DNA from: the human T2T-CHM13v2.0 reference genome, Homo sapiens
Reading direction: 5' to 3'
Length of the DNA: 64,000 nucleotides
NCBI GenBank assembly: GCA_009914755.4
Contig: CP086569.2
Span: 17,440,001 to 17,504,000 of the forward strand
Part shown: piece after piece, positions 63,991 through 64,000 of the stretch
Position numbering within the stretch: the first letter of the stretch is position 1
Layout: every line of letters begins with the position of its first letter
Notes under the pieces: generated by a model
What the model saw: the letters and a program-made list of their open reading frames with translations, nothing else
What the model was told of the DNA's origin: nothing
Database searches by the model: none
Program-made: the position numbers and the translations under genes

Positions 63991-64000
63991 GAAAATAACG

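Overview
This window is primate nuclear DNA, almost certainly human. It contains many Alu SINEs in both orientations, several L1 LINE fragments (L1PA-type and older), MaLR-type solitary LTRs (THE1-like and MST-like), an ERV9/LTR12-type solo LTR, and numerous micro- and minisatellites. It is visibly AT-rich and gene-poor. I could not support any cellular protein-coding exon, rRNA or tRNA gene, CRISPR array, or prokaryote-style operon. Every ORF in the supplied track is at most 171 aa and falls into one of three classes: a transposon remnant (L1 ORF1/ORF2), a low-complexity artefact (poly-T, CT-tract), or a short random ORF in AT-rich DNA. I therefore find no 'undescribed biological system' in the multi-gene sense. 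The content worth a second look is structural. There is a textbook twin-primed (5'-inverted) L1 at 56.1-58.1 kb. There is an abutting inverted L1 pair at 5.2-8.3 kb. A young L1PA 3' stub sits at 42.1 kb between near-perfect 18-19 bp target-site duplications. An LTR12-like solo LTR, carrying CCAAT-box tandem repeats and a GC box, is inserted inside an Alu at 61.7-62.7 kb. One copy of a local duplication has an odd THE1 fragment/microsatellite patch inside that LTR. There is a ~300-bp homopyrimidine tract at 53.2-53.5 kb. Two diverged inverted-repeat copies bracket ~3 kb at 35.9/39.1 kb. There are two long pure homopolymers: A49 at 34.57 kb and T36 at 2.25 kb. There is a (GATA)n STR and two ~0.3-0.65 kb AT-rich (TATAYA)-type blocks. 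Family names for the MaLR, LTR12 and one unnamed repeat come from memory of consensus motifs and should be confirmed with RepeatMasker/Dfam.
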